Part shown: positions 47,578 to 57,130 of the stretch, one piece after another
Position numbering within the stretch: the stretch's first letter is position 1
How the letters are laid out: each line of letters begins with the position of its first letter
Assembly (NCBI GenBank): GCA_963833575.1
Contig: CAWHXY010000004.1
Location: forward strand, 672,001-736,000
Source of the DNA: Candidatus Bathyarchaeota archaeon
Lineage (GTDB): Archaea > Thermoproteota > Bathyarchaeia > Bathyarchaeales > Bathycorpusculaceae
DNA length: 64,000 nt
Direction: 5' to 3'
The notes under the pieces: model-generated
What the model was told of the DNA's origin: nothing
What the model saw: the letters and a program-made list of their open reading frames with translations, nothing else
Databases searched by the model: none
Program-made: the position numbers and the translations under genes

Positions 47578-48057
47578 ATGTCGAAAAAAGAACCTGAAAA
47601 CATTGATGAATTTATTTCGGATTTTTCACGGTTTTACATACTTACCATACTTTATGAAGGACCAACGCATGGTTACAGCATTATTAGCAGGTTCAAAAAA
47701 AGAGTCAAAAAAGAAGTGAGCCCAAGCTTAGTTTATCCGTTCCTGCAGCAACTGGAGGAAAAAGGCTTAGTTACACATACCGAGGAGCCGGTGGGCGAAA
47801 AAGAAAGAAAAGTTTTTGAATTAACGCTTCCTGGAAGAGAATTATGCACTGATCTGTTCAAACGCTTCGCTGAACTGGTGTCAATCGCTATTGAACCAAG
47901 CCTCTACATCTGTGCCCATTGTGGATGTAAAGTCTTTGAAGGCGCTTACAGAGAAACCATCGACGGTAAAGAGACAGCCTTCTGCTGCATACATTGTGCT
48001 AACTCTTACAAGGAATCAAAGAAGACAACAAAAAAACTAAGCGACACGACAAAATAA
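47578..48057 (+). CDS. PadR-family regulator with a C-terminal TRASH-like Cys-rich domain
   Basis: HGYSI...SPSLVYPFLQQLEEKGLV...ERKVFELT..G; CAHCGC...AFCCIHCA. Confidence 0.9.
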   Translation: MSKKEPENIDEFISDFSRFYILTILYEGPTHGYSIISRFKKRVKKEVSPSLVYPFLQQLEEKGLVTHTEEPVGEKERKVFELTLPGRELCTDLFKRFAELVSIAIEPSLYICAHCGCKVFEGAYRETIDGKETAFCCIHCANSYKESKKTTKKLSDTTK

Positions 48058-48116
48058 GGTGAATGAGCTAATATTTTCAAAAAGTAAGTGAAAACAAAAA
48101 GTTTGTTAGATATTAA

Positions 48117-48395
48117 CTAGTCTTTTATGGCTTCTATAAAACTCATGACATTCCAAAGTTTAACTCGCGTGTAAGCGGGCATATTTGGGTCTTGAAGAAT
48201 TTCGTCAAGAAGCGAAACTGCGTTTGAGGCACGTACTGCTGGCGTGAACTCGCCGCTTTGTAGAGTATTCATGGCGTCTTTTGCAGAGCGTCTAATATTT
48301 CGTGGTGTTGTACTGTCCTCAGAAACCTCTGCAAGCACCACTAACGCTTGCTGAATTTTGGCTTCATATTCTTCAGCTTTTTTCTTTCGAACCAT
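48117..48395 (-). CDS. UPF0147-family protein
   Basis: D.TTPRNIRR...VRASNA...DPNMP.YTR..LW. Confidence 0.9.
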   Translation of the reverse strand: MVRKKKAEEYEAKIQQALVVLAEVSEDSTTPRNIRRSAKDAMNTLQSGEFTPAVRASNAVSLLDEILQDPNMPAYTRVKLWNVMSFIEAIKD

Positions 48396-48459
48396 AAATT
48401 CACAACCTCACTGCCTTCACGCAGTAACCAAGTTATATAAGTATTGATACGTATTTACT

Positions 48460-48837
48460 TTGGGGTTCTTATTGCAGCAAAAAAAAGATAACACATCAAT
48501 TAAGCGAATGGCTGATTTGCTAATGCAAGGCGCCACTTTAACCGACATATCATGCCCAGCGTGCAATTCGCCGCTTTTCAGACTGCAAGATGGCACGTTG
48601 TGGTGTGCAAATGATGAAAAGAAAGTTGTGATAGTTAAAGAAGGGGAAGAACCAATTAAACCCTCAGCCACCGGCTCAGCATATGATAAACTTGAAGCAA
48701 CTTTGATGAATAAAGTTCAAGATTTGCAAGATAAAATCGAAAAAACAGAAAATGTGGATGAGTTACAAAAGCTTACCAATGCACTTTCGGAATTGCTGAA
48801 TAGTCTTGACAAAATACAGAAAATGAAAAAGTCCTGA
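48460..48837 (+). CDS. UPF0148 / Sjogren autoantigen-1-like Zn-finger protein
   Basis: MADLLMQGATL...CPACNSPLF...C, followed by a coiled coil. Confidence 0.88.
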   Translation: MGFLLQQKKDNTSIKRMADLLMQGATLTDISCPACNSPLFRLQDGTLWCANDEKKVVIVKEGEEPIKPSATGSAYDKLEATLMNKVQDLQDKIEKTENVDELQKLTNALSELLNSLDKIQKMKKS

Positions 48838-48848
48838 GCAGAAATAGT

Positions 48849-49358
48849 TTGCCTTTTGGATTTTACGAAAATTTTCCTTCGCACATTCACAGAGTTGAGA
48901 GTTTCGCTTCAGGTTTTTCTAACGTGCAACTTCAACAAAAACTAATTCAAATTTTTTATGAAATAAATCGAAAAGAATTCAGTTTTGAAGAAGTCACTAA
49001 CCCAACAATTCCAGAATGCAAAGTAATCTTTGAGTTTGGATTGGCTGACGCTGAAGGTTTCAATTATATTGACGATGAAGAAGCAAAAATAGCACTTAAT
49101 TCAATAGTAAACGAACATTTGCATATTATCGATTTCTTCTGCGGAATACGATATTATAAAGTCAATACGGAAAAGAAAACAGCGTTAAAGTTTGATTATT
49201 ATCTTCTTCGATTCGTGTTCAGCAGAGGAACCATTCAAATTCAAATTCATCACGAAAGAGGCCCAAGATACATTTCCCCAGAAGATCTAACACAGTTCAT
49301 TTTTACCCAAACAAACCAAGGATCAAACAAAAAAGCCTTAAGAAAAACAAACCCTTAG
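48849..49358 (+). CDS. Hypothetical protein
   Basis: 169-aa ORF co-oriented with and 11 nt downstream of UPF0148. Confidence 0.7.
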   Translation: MPFGFYENFPSHIHRVESFASGFSNVQLQQKLIQIFYEINRKEFSFEEVTNPTIPECKVIFEFGLADAEGFNYIDDEEAKIALNSIVNEHLHIIDFFCGIRYYKVNTEKKTALKFDYYLLRFVFSRGTIQIQIHHERGPRYISPEDLTQFIFTQTNQGSNKKALRKTNP

Positions 49359-49478
49359 TTAAGAGAACTAAATAGAAGAGGATAATGCTATAGCCGAAAG
49401 TTATATTTTCAACAAGCGATAATCCGTAAAGATAATTAAAAAGAAAGATTCCTAAAATAGCCAGAAAGCAGGAGTAAA

Positions 49479-50441
49479 ATGCAATTGATTCCAATCGAAG
49501 TTTCTAATCTCAAAAAGTGCTATGGTAGTTTAAAAGCTGTGGATGACGTGTCATTCCAAGTTAATAATGGTGAAGTCTTTGGTCTTTTAGGTCCAAACGG
49601 GGCAGGCAAAACTACAACCATAGAAATTCTAGAAGGTTTGCGGGAGAGAGACGGAGGAGACGTTAAAGTTTTAGGTTTTGACCCGTGGAAAAATGGTTAT
49701 GAAGTTCACAAGAAAATCGGAGTCATACCTCAAGAATTCACTTTTTTTGAAAAAACAACTCCACGAGAAGCGATAATCTATTATGCTGATCTCTTCAATG
49801 TCAAAGTTAACCCAGACGAAATATTAAAAGAAGTCTTACTTCAAGAATCGGCTAAAGTAAATTTCGATAGCCTTTCGGGTGGACAAAAACAGAAAACAGG
49901 ACTTGCATTATCGCTTGTTAATTCGCCTGAACTGCTCTTTCTTGACGAGCCTACTACAGGATTGGATCCTAACGCTCGAAGGGCAATCTGGGAAGTCATA
50001 AGGGGATTGAAGTCCAAGGGTAAAACAATCATTTTAACAACTCATTACTTAGACGAAGCTCAGCAATTATGCGACAGAGTTGCGATTATGGATCATGGAC
50101 ACATAGTTGCTATGGGAACGTCTGAAGAAATCATCAAGGAACATGGGTCAGGTGAAAGGTTGGAAATCCATGGAAGCCAAAAGGTGGCTGACTACATTAA
50201 AGCAAATACTGACTTAGAAGTAGTTTACGATACAGCGAAGGGGGAAATCTTCATACCGCTAAGAAAGAAAATTGATGCATTGGCGGCTTTGGCTGCTGCA
50301 GAACAGTCAGGCATGGAATGGGGAGAAATTCAAACACGCCAGGATAGTTTAGACGATGTTTTCATTAAGTTAGTCAACGAGCAAGGTGAAATCTCACCTG
50401 AAGAAGTCGACACTACGACCAGCAAAAAGAAGGGGCGCTAA
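49479..50441 (+). CDS. ABC-2-type exporter ATP-binding subunit
   Basis: GPNGAGKTT, LSGGQKQ, FLDEPTTGLD, TTHY. Confidence 0.96.
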   Translation: MQLIPIEVSNLKKCYGSLKAVDDVSFQVNNGEVFGLLGPNGAGKTTTIEILEGLRERDGGDVKVLGFDPWKNGYEVHKKIGVIPQEFTFFEKTTPREAIIYYADLFNVKVNPDEILKEVLLQESAKVNFDSLSGGQKQKTGLALSLVNSPELLFLDEPTTGLDPNARRAIWEVIRGLKSKGKTIILTTHYLDEAQQLCDRVAIMDHGHIVAMGTSEEIIKEHGSGERLEIHGSQKVADYIKANTDLEVVYDTAKGEIFIPLRKKIDALAALAAAEQSGMEWGEIQTRQDSLDDVFIKLVNEQGEISPEEVDTTTSKKKGR

Positions 50442-50445
50442 GAAA

Positions 50446-51561
50446 ATGGTAAGTGGAAAAAGAATCCTGTCAGACTTCAAAGTTTTCAGTCGTGGCTACC
50501 TAAGAAATAAATTTGGCTTATTTTTTGGGTTAATTTTCCCAGTAATTTTGATCTTGATTTTCGGCGCCATCTTTTCAGCAGGATCGTCTGGAACCCTGAA
50601 TATTTATGTGCAAAACCAAGATACTAACGCTCCTCCACAAGCAGATATTGCTTCACAGTTTCTAACTGCGCTCAACAGTTCCACCATAATAAGAGTAATA
50701 ACGGTGAATGCAACCGAGGACTTTTCAAAGTATCTAGCAGCGCATTCAGCTTCGGACGGAATAGTAATTCCAGAAAACTTTTCAGCGAATTATTTGGCAG
50801 GTCACCAGGTGAATGTAACAGTCTACGGTAATCCTTCCTCAGCTTCAAGCGGCATCGTTAGTGGAACCGTTAATGGCTATGCAAACTATTTTAACCTTAA
50901 TTATTATAAACAAAATGCCAGTTCAATCATAGGCATAAAATCAGCAACAGTAAATACGCAGCAAACAAAATATATAGACTTCCTAATACCAGGCCTAATC
51001 GGGTTCTCAATACTCACAAGCCCAATGTTCTCATTAGTCAACATTTCTTCAGAATACAAAAAGACAAAGCTCTTCAAGCAACTATCACTTACGCCACTAA
51101 CAAAAATGGAGTGGTTAACCTCTAAAGTACTATGGTACATCGTTTTAACAATCGCCGGCTTCCTGCTTATGGTTGGAGTCGGAATCTTCGCTTTCGGCGC
51201 ACATGTTACATTAACTTTTGGGCTAATTCCATTCCTGGTCTTAGGTCCAATGCTCTTCGCAGCACTAGGGATGCTTGTCGGCACCGTAACAAAGAGTCCT
51301 GAAACTGCAGGCGTAATAGGCAACATAGTAACGTTCCCAATGATGTTTCTCTCAGGCACGTTCTTCCCCATCAGCACCATGCCACAATATTTACAAACAC
51401 TTGCTCACGTACTACCACTATTCTACGTAATTGAAGGCTTAAACAATGTCATGGTTTATGGAAACTTAACAGGAGCACTGATTGACTTTGCAGTCATCGC
51501 GGTCATAACAGCCGTAATTTTTGGGTTGGCAGTAAAGCTGTTTAAATGGAGAGAAGACTAA
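50446..51561 (+). CDS. ABC-2-type exporter permease (start trimmed to MVSGK)
   Basis: TM, extracellular domain, YIDFLIPG and FLSGTFFP...LPL.Y. Confidence 0.93.
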   Translation: MVSGKRILSDFKVFSRGYLRNKFGLFFGLIFPVILILIFGAIFSAGSSGTLNIYVQNQDTNAPPQADIASQFLTALNSSTIIRVITVNATEDFSKYLAAHSASDGIVIPENFSANYLAGHQVNVTVYGNPSSASSGIVSGTVNGYANYFNLNYYKQNASSIIGIKSATVNTQQTKYIDFLIPGLIGFSILTSPMFSLVNISSEYKKTKLFKQLSLTPLTKMEWLTSKVLWYIVLTIAGFLLMVGVGIFAFGAHVTLTFGLIPFLVLGPMLFAALGMLVGTVTKSPETAGVIGNIVTFPMMFLSGTFFPISTMPQYLQTLAHVLPLFYVIEGLNNVMVYGNLTGALIDFAVIAVITAVIFGLAVKLFKWRED

Positions 51562-51588
51562 CCCAAATCTTTTCTTTTTTATTGATAA

Positions 51589-52185
51589 CTATTTTTTTTT
51601 CAGTAACCTTAAAACCTCAGAATACAACGTGTAGGCAACGTCATCTTTTGGTTTATCGCCATCTATTAGAATAAGCTCGCCTTTCTCAACAAATTTAAGG
51701 TAGACTTCCCGAACTTTCTGCTGTGTTTCTAACGTTTCCATAACCGACTTCTTCCTCTGCAAACGCGCAAGCACTTGTTCTGGAGACACGTCAATAAAAA
51801 TGCTGAAATCCGGTTGCAAAGCACGAGCATTAATAGTTTTAATCCAATCTAAGCTGAGACCAGTGCTACCTTGGTAGGCTAAAGATGAGCAAATGTAGCG
51901 ATCACAGATTACTATTTTGTCTTCGGCTAAAGCTGGAGCTATTTCATTTTGCATATGCTCAATTCGGTCTGCCGCAAACAGTAGTGCTTCAGCTTCTTTT
52001 GGAAGACGTTTTTCTTCATAAAGACAGCCATTTCGTATAAAACTGCCTATTTTACCTTGACTAGGTTCAGCTGTACAAAACACTTTGTAGTTTTCTGAGA
52101 GTTTTTTTGACAGAATGTCTGCTTGTGTGGTTTTCCCACTTCCATCTAAGCCTTCGATGACAATGAAAATGCCTTTTTTGACCAT
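51589..52185 (-). CDS. tmk: Thymidylate kinase
   Basis: EGLDGSGKTTQ, LLFAADR, DRY..SSLAYQG. Confidence 0.96.
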   Translation of the reverse strand: MVKKGIFIVIEGLDGSGKTTQADILSKKLSENYKVFCTAEPSQGKIGSFIRNGCLYEEKRLPKEAEALLFAADRIEHMQNEIAPALAEDKIVICDRYICSSLAYQGSTGLSLDWIKTINARALQPDFSIFIDVSPEQVLARLQRKKSVMETLETQQKVREVYLKFVEKGELILIDGDKPKDDVAYTLYSEVLRLLKKK

Positions 52186-52261
52186 TTTTTCAACTCAGCA
52201 AATTAGCGTTACACATTATAGGGAGACGTATAAATATAACTTACAATTGCGAGGGTTGCTT

Positions 52262-53542
52262 TTGCCCAAGACATACTGGGGAGAAATAAAGGATCCAGTA
52301 CACGGATACGTGTACATTACCGAGCCAGAAAAAAACATCATCGACTCTTACCCAATGCAGCGTCTAAGACGCCTGCGTCAGCTTGCAGGATCAGAATACG
52401 TTTACCCAGGCGCCAACCATACACGTTTTGAACATTGTTTAGGCGTGATGTTTCTATCAGGCGAAGTCTTAGAAAACCCCAACGTTTCTCGATGCGTAAT
52501 TGATGAAGAAGTTGATATGTGCCGAATTTCAGCTCTGCTCCATGATGCAGGACATGGACCTTTCTCTCATGTGTTTGAACATTTACTCATAAAAGATTTG
52601 GAAAAGACACATGAAGATATGACTTCGTGGATTATTGAAAAAAGTGAAGTTTCGGATAAACTATCAAAGATGGGTTTTAATCCTAAAGATGTGTCACAGC
52701 TTGCCGTTGGAAAACTTCATAAGCCTAACAAAGCGTTTCTTGACCAAATAATAAGCAGCGCCGTTGACGTTGACAAGCAAGATTTCATCGTACGAGACAC
52801 CTACCACACTGGGGCTGAATACGGCTTCATCGATGTTTACCGTTTGATCCATGCACTTGATGTTTTAGGAGAAAATCTAGCTGTGGAACTTGGTGCTCTT
52901 TCAGCTTTGGAAGCATTTATGATTGCGAGGATTGAATCGTTCAAAAGCATCTATTTCCACCGCGTTGGTCGGGCAGCCCAAATCATGCTCGCTTCTGCCA
53001 TGGAAAAAGCAAACAGCGAGTTAGGCTTAACAGCATTTAAGACTCCTGAAGAATACCTAGCGCTTGACGACTACACCGTCTGGTCAGCCCTCAAAAAATG
53101 CAAAGCATCCAAAGGAATCATCAACGACCTAGAAACCCGCAAAATGCTAAAGTGCGCTTATGAACGAACTTTTTATGAGAAAGACACAATGATCTCGAAC
53201 ATTTTTGGTCGGGAATCATACAGGCGCCAGATGCAAAGTGAAATAGCCAAAGAAGCTGGTGTGGATCTCGAATCGGTAATAATTGATGTTCCTACTGTGC
53301 CGTCGGTACCTTATCATCATGCAGTATTAATGGAATCCATGGAAATCCCAGTCTTCACAAGAAATCAGGCAGGAGACAGGAAGCTACAGCGACTAAGCGA
53401 AAGCTCAAAAATCTTTGAAACGCTTAAGGGTTTTATGAACATACTTCGGGTTTATACGGTAGCAGCTGATCGTGAGAAAGTGGAGAAAGCCACAGCTAAA
53501 ATCTTAGGCAAGGTGCCATCCGCCGCTAAAATCTCGTTTTAG
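52262..53542 (+). CDS. HD-domain phosphohydrolase (SAMHD1/dNTPase-like); TTG start inferred
   Basis: DPVHG, QRLRRLRQL, HTRFEH, LLHDAGHGPFSH, DVDKQDF..RD, YFH; GAGGGT upstream of TTG. Confidence 0.9.
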   Translation: MPKTYWGEIKDPVHGYVYITEPEKNIIDSYPMQRLRRLRQLAGSEYVYPGANHTRFEHCLGVMFLSGEVLENPNVSRCVIDEEVDMCRISALLHDAGHGPFSHVFEHLLIKDLEKTHEDMTSWIIEKSEVSDKLSKMGFNPKDVSQLAVGKLHKPNKAFLDQIISSAVDVDKQDFIVRDTYHTGAEYGFIDVYRLIHALDVLGENLAVELGALSALEAFMIARIESFKSIYFHRVGRAAQIMLASAMEKANSELGLTAFKTPEEYLALDDYTVWSALKKCKASKGIINDLETRKMLKCAYERTFYEKDTMISNIFGRESYRRQMQSEIAKEAGVDLESVIIDVPTVPSVPYHHAVLMESMEIPVFTRNQAGDRKLQRLSESSKIFETLKGFMNILRVYTVAADREKVEKATAKILGKVPSAAKISF

Positions 53543-53615
53543 CGGTTTTTTCTTAAATACTAGTCCTGCTTAAGAAGAAAAGTGGAGCACCTGAAAGTCT
53601 GCGGAGGAAAATGCT

Positions 53616-54131
53616 ATGGAGAATGACTCAGATGACAAGAAAATCATCAGTGTAAGAATCAAAAAGAAAACTGAAACAAAAACAGAACCTACGGTACTTT
53701 TTAATCAAAGCGACATACGAAAATTCGTGTCCGAATTTATCTCATCATGGATAAGAGGAGACCTCATAATCCGATTTCCAACAGCAGCCGAACTAGCCAA
53801 AAAAACACCTCTAAGCATTGCTTTTCCAACCGACCCATCGGTAAACGCAGAACTGAAAATTAAAGAACATTATGTAGACTTGTTATCTGTAATAACAGGA
53901 ATAAAATCAGGATCCATCGACGAGCAAGAGAAGGCTATTTCCGAAGTTTTCAAAATGCTGATGATGTTTCGATCCGCAAACCGAATCGAAGGAAAACTCC
54001 TCTCAAATGACCTAGAAAAAAGAGTTGAAGAACTAGAAAAAACAGTAAAAGACCAAAGTAAACTTGTTGATCAGATAACTGGATTTTTATTTAAACCAAA
54101 AAACTCAACTAAGAAAGCTCAAGCTAGCTAA
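53616..54131 (+). CDS. Hypothetical protein with C-terminal coiled coil
   Basis: GGAGG upstream; LEKRVEELEKTVK heptads. Confidence 0.7.
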   Translation: MENDSDDKKIISVRIKKKTETKTEPTVLFNQSDIRKFVSEFISSWIRGDLIIRFPTAAELAKKTPLSIAFPTDPSVNAELKIKEHYVDLLSVITGIKSGSIDEQEKAISEVFKMLMMFRSANRIEGKLLSNDLEKRVEELEKTVKDQSKLVDQITGFLFKPKNSTKKAQAS

Positions 54132-54201
54132 AAGCTTGATTCTTTAAGGGTAAGGTTTATTCGAAAGAAAAAGCATTCTGCTTGATGCTTTTGTCAAAAG
54201 C

Positions 54202-54276
54202 GCTCCGGTAGTATAGTCCGGTCAAGTATGCCGGCCTTTCGAGTCGGCGACCCGGGTCCAAATCCCGGCCGGAGCA
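54202..54276 (+). tRNA. tRNA-Glu(TTC), CCA not encoded
   Basis: GCTCCGG/CCGGAGC acceptor stem, CCGGC-CTTTCGA-GTCGG anticodon arm, CCGGG-TCCAAAT-CCCGG T arm. Confidence 0.93.
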
Positions 54277-54514
54277 CTAACTTGCTTACAAATTTGGCTT
54301 TATTTATACCAGTCCATTTTTGAATTATCTCGGTATGCATGGTCTTAATTTGCTTAAAGGATTGTTTAATGGTCTGATTTTTTCGCTATAGCAGAGAGGT
54401 AAAAGTCGAAAACGGATACGTCATCAATACTACTTCGAAAACAGAAAGAATAGGATTGTCATCGAGATTTCAAAAGAAAAGATCAAATGAATTAGACGGT
54501 TTACGATCTACATA

Positions 54515-54736
54515 CTAATCATGCATAGTATGTGGTTTGATATGTGTTTTTTCTGGATTTCCATGTTCGTTTTCCATATGTCTGTCAAGTTGGGTGTGAG
54601 TCTTGAAAGTTTTTCCACATATTTTGCATACTTCTTTTTCTGAATGCAGCCCTTGTATGGGTTCTTCATGCAATGCAGTGGCTTTGGGAAGAGTAGTGGG
54701 CATCTTGTTTGGTTTACCACTCGGTTTTTTGCTCAT
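54515..54736 (-). CDS. Small C2H2 zinc-finger protein
   Basis: CKICGKTFKTHTQLDRHMENEH matches C-x2-C-x3-F-x5-L-x2-H-x4-H. Confidence 0.8.
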   Translation of the reverse strand: MSKKPSGKPNKMPTTLPKATALHEEPIQGLHSEKEVCKICGKTFKTHTQLDRHMENEHGNPEKTHIKPHTMHD

Positions 54737-54806
54737 AAAAACAGCACTCGGTTATAATAATTATTCATTGTTTCACTTTAAGTTTAGTCTAAATCATAAA
54801 GTTCAA

Positions 54807-55409
54807 TTAAATATTAGATTGTTTTGAAGCTATTCCTAAAATAAGTACCATTGATTTGATCCATTGATCGCGCACAACTTCATTGGGGAACCCCATCACG
54901 AGTTTAGCCAGCGTTCCAACATAGAGAGATGTGAAAAGTTCTGCCAAAACCCTAGCATTCACATCCATGCGAATTACGCCTTGTTTCTTTTTTTCATTGA
55001 CAAAAGCTTCTATTGCATCTATGTCTTTTTGATAATCCTTAAACACGATTTTTCTGATGTTGGCGTCATGTGATGCAAGTGCGACTATTTCAAAGTGGGT
55101 ATGTAAGTTAGTTTTGTATTTCCCAGTAATGGTTGCATAAACCTGTTCTAGTGCAACTTCAAGATTTTTGCATGCGCCTGTTTCGCCGAGGATGGTTCGC
55201 AATGTTTGGTGACCTTGATGGCTGATTTCTTTGAGGAGGTCCTCTTTGCTCTTAAAGTATGAGTAGAGAGCTCCTTTGCTTACTCCTACTTCTTTAGCGA
55301 CATCATCCATGGTGGCGTCATGGTAGCCTTTTTTGCCGAAAACTACACGGGCAGCTTCTACAATTTTGGATTTAGCTGCTTCTTTATATTCTGGAACTAC
55401 TTTGGGCAT
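54807..55409 (-). CDS. TetR/AcrR-family regulator (start trimmed to MPKVVPEY)
   Basis: GYHDATMDDVAKEVGVSKGALYSYFKSKEDL. Confidence 0.95.
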   Translation of the reverse strand: MPKVVPEYKEAAKSKIVEAARVVFGKKGYHDATMDDVAKEVGVSKGALYSYFKSKEDLLKEISHQGHQTLRTILGETGACKNLEVALEQVYATITGKYKTNLHTHFEIVALASHDANIRKIVFKDYQKDIDAIEAFVNEKKKQGVIRMDVNARVLAELFTSLYVGTLAKLVMGFPNEVVRDQWIKSMVLILGIASKQSNI

Positions 55410-55479
55410 TTCTAACCGCGTAATATTGATGTGTATTACTTTAAAACTATTGCTATTGACGACGATAAGTATATTAATT

Positions 55480-55490
55480 GACTGATAGTC
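55480..55490. promoter_or_regulatory. Candidate TetR operator
   Basis: GACT-GAT-AGTC inverted repeat just downstream of a TATATTAA box, upstream of the MFS gene. Confidence 0.4.
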
Positions 55491-55519
55491 GCTATTTTGA
55501 ATCACGAAGTGAAAACATC

Positions 55520-57001
55520 ATGGGCGCAAGCAATCCAGCTAAAGCAAACGCGGCTACTCTAAAAGGTGGCTCCGGCTCAAGTTACGCAACCAGAGTTCTC
55601 TTAACAGTAACAGCAGTCTCGCTACTGATGAATTATGTTGAAACAATGGTTATTCCCGGCATATACAATATCCAAAAGGACTTATCAACTACATCCACAA
55701 TCGCATCATGGATTACCTCAGCCTTCTTAATTGTTGGAGCTGCGGTCTCACCACTATTTGGAAAACTCGGGGATATTTACGGAAAAAAAAGGGTCTTTCT
55801 TACTGTACTGCTTTTCTATATTGCTGGAGTAGGTTTAGCCGGATTTGCCACAAACATATATATGCTTATAGGCGCCAGAGCTGTCCAAGGCATCGGCTTC
55901 GCCATAGTTCCATTGGGATTAGCTATAATTACAGATGTCTTCCCAAGGGAGCGAGTAGCCACCGCCCAGGGTATAATCAGCGGAACCTTCGCCATCGGAG
56001 CCGCCGCAGGCCTAATCATAGGTGCGTACATAGTACAAGATTTAAGCTGGCAATGGGCTTTCCACACAGCCTTCATACTAAGCATAGTTCTATTCTTTGT
56101 AGCTTTAGTTGCACTTAAGAAAGACGTGCCTGGCGAAAAGAGTAAAGTAGACGTCACGGGGGCAGCTATGTTAATGTCAGGTATAGTTCTTGTATTGTTG
56201 TACTTGACGGAAGGCCCAACTTTAGGTTGGTTATCGCTTGAAAACATCGCGCTCCTAATACCAGGAATAATCTTAACGGTTGGCTTCTTTGCTTTCGAAA
56301 ACAAACAAACCAGCCCACTTATCCACTTGAGTTTGCTTAGAATCAGAAATGTCCTGATTTCAAACTTAGTTGGCATACTGTCCAGCATGTCCATGTTTTT
56401 AGTGTTCTTTGCAGTCATTTACTACGCTCAATACCCTACATTTGGACATTATGGACTGGGTCTAAGCGTCATCAATACTGGATTGACACTAGCACCTGCA
56501 ACCATAGTTATGCTTATCGTTGGACCATTGATGGGCAGGCTTGTAACCAGGATAGGGCCAAAACCCATACTCACTTTGGGGGCATCAATCAGTATTGTAG
56601 GTTTGTTACTGTTTATCTTCTCAAGAGGAAACACAACGGAACTAACTATAGACGTAGCTGTAGCACTAGTGGGAGTCGTATCCCTGATTATACCAATAGT
56701 GAACATGATTTCTGTGTCGGTGCCTAAAGAAAACACAGCAGTAGGCTTAGGGATGAACACTATGTTGCGAAACCTCGGAGGCGCAGTAGGTCCAGTCCTA
56801 GCTACAACCATAATTTCTACATATTACGACAAAGTTGGACCGCCAATATTGCCAACGGTCATGGAGTTCGGGAACAAAACTGCCTTTAACACAATATTCG
56901 CAATAGGCATCGGCTTAATGATAATGATAATCGCACTGAGTTTAACAGCCAAAAACTACACCTTCACCAAAAACAACGCAAAAAAACAAGAAAAACAATA
57001 G
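55520..57001 (+). CDS. MFS drug/H+ antiporter (DHA2-like, about 14 TM)
   Basis: GKLGDIYGKKR motif A, ARAVQGIG, WQWAF, RNLGGAVG. Confidence 0.92.
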   Translation: MGASNPAKANAATLKGGSGSSYATRVLLTVTAVSLLMNYVETMVIPGIYNIQKDLSTTSTIASWITSAFLIVGAAVSPLFGKLGDIYGKKRVFLTVLLFYIAGVGLAGFATNIYMLIGARAVQGIGFAIVPLGLAIITDVFPRERVATAQGIISGTFAIGAAAGLIIGAYIVQDLSWQWAFHTAFILSIVLFFVALVALKKDVPGEKSKVDVTGAAMLMSGIVLVLLYLTEGPTLGWLSLENIALLIPGIILTVGFFAFENKQTSPLIHLSLLRIRNVLISNLVGILSSMSMFLVFFAVIYYAQYPTFGHYGLGLSVINTGLTLAPATIVMLIVGPLMGRLVTRIGPKPILTLGASISIVGLLLFIFSRGNTTELTIDVAVALVGVVSLIIPIVNMISVSVPKENTAVGLGMNTMLRNLGGAVGPVLATTIISTYYDKVGPPILPTVMEFGNKTAFNTIFAIGIGLMIMIIALSLTAKNYTFTKNNAKKQEKQ

Positions 57002-57130
57002 CAAACGTCGGGAAGCAGCCTTTCTTTATCCCAGTCCATGCTACAGATTCCAACCATATTAGCGCTTGATAAATTCAAACGCAACAGATTTAAAAGGAGT
57101 TAACCTAGAAAAGAGAAAGAGGAATAGGAT

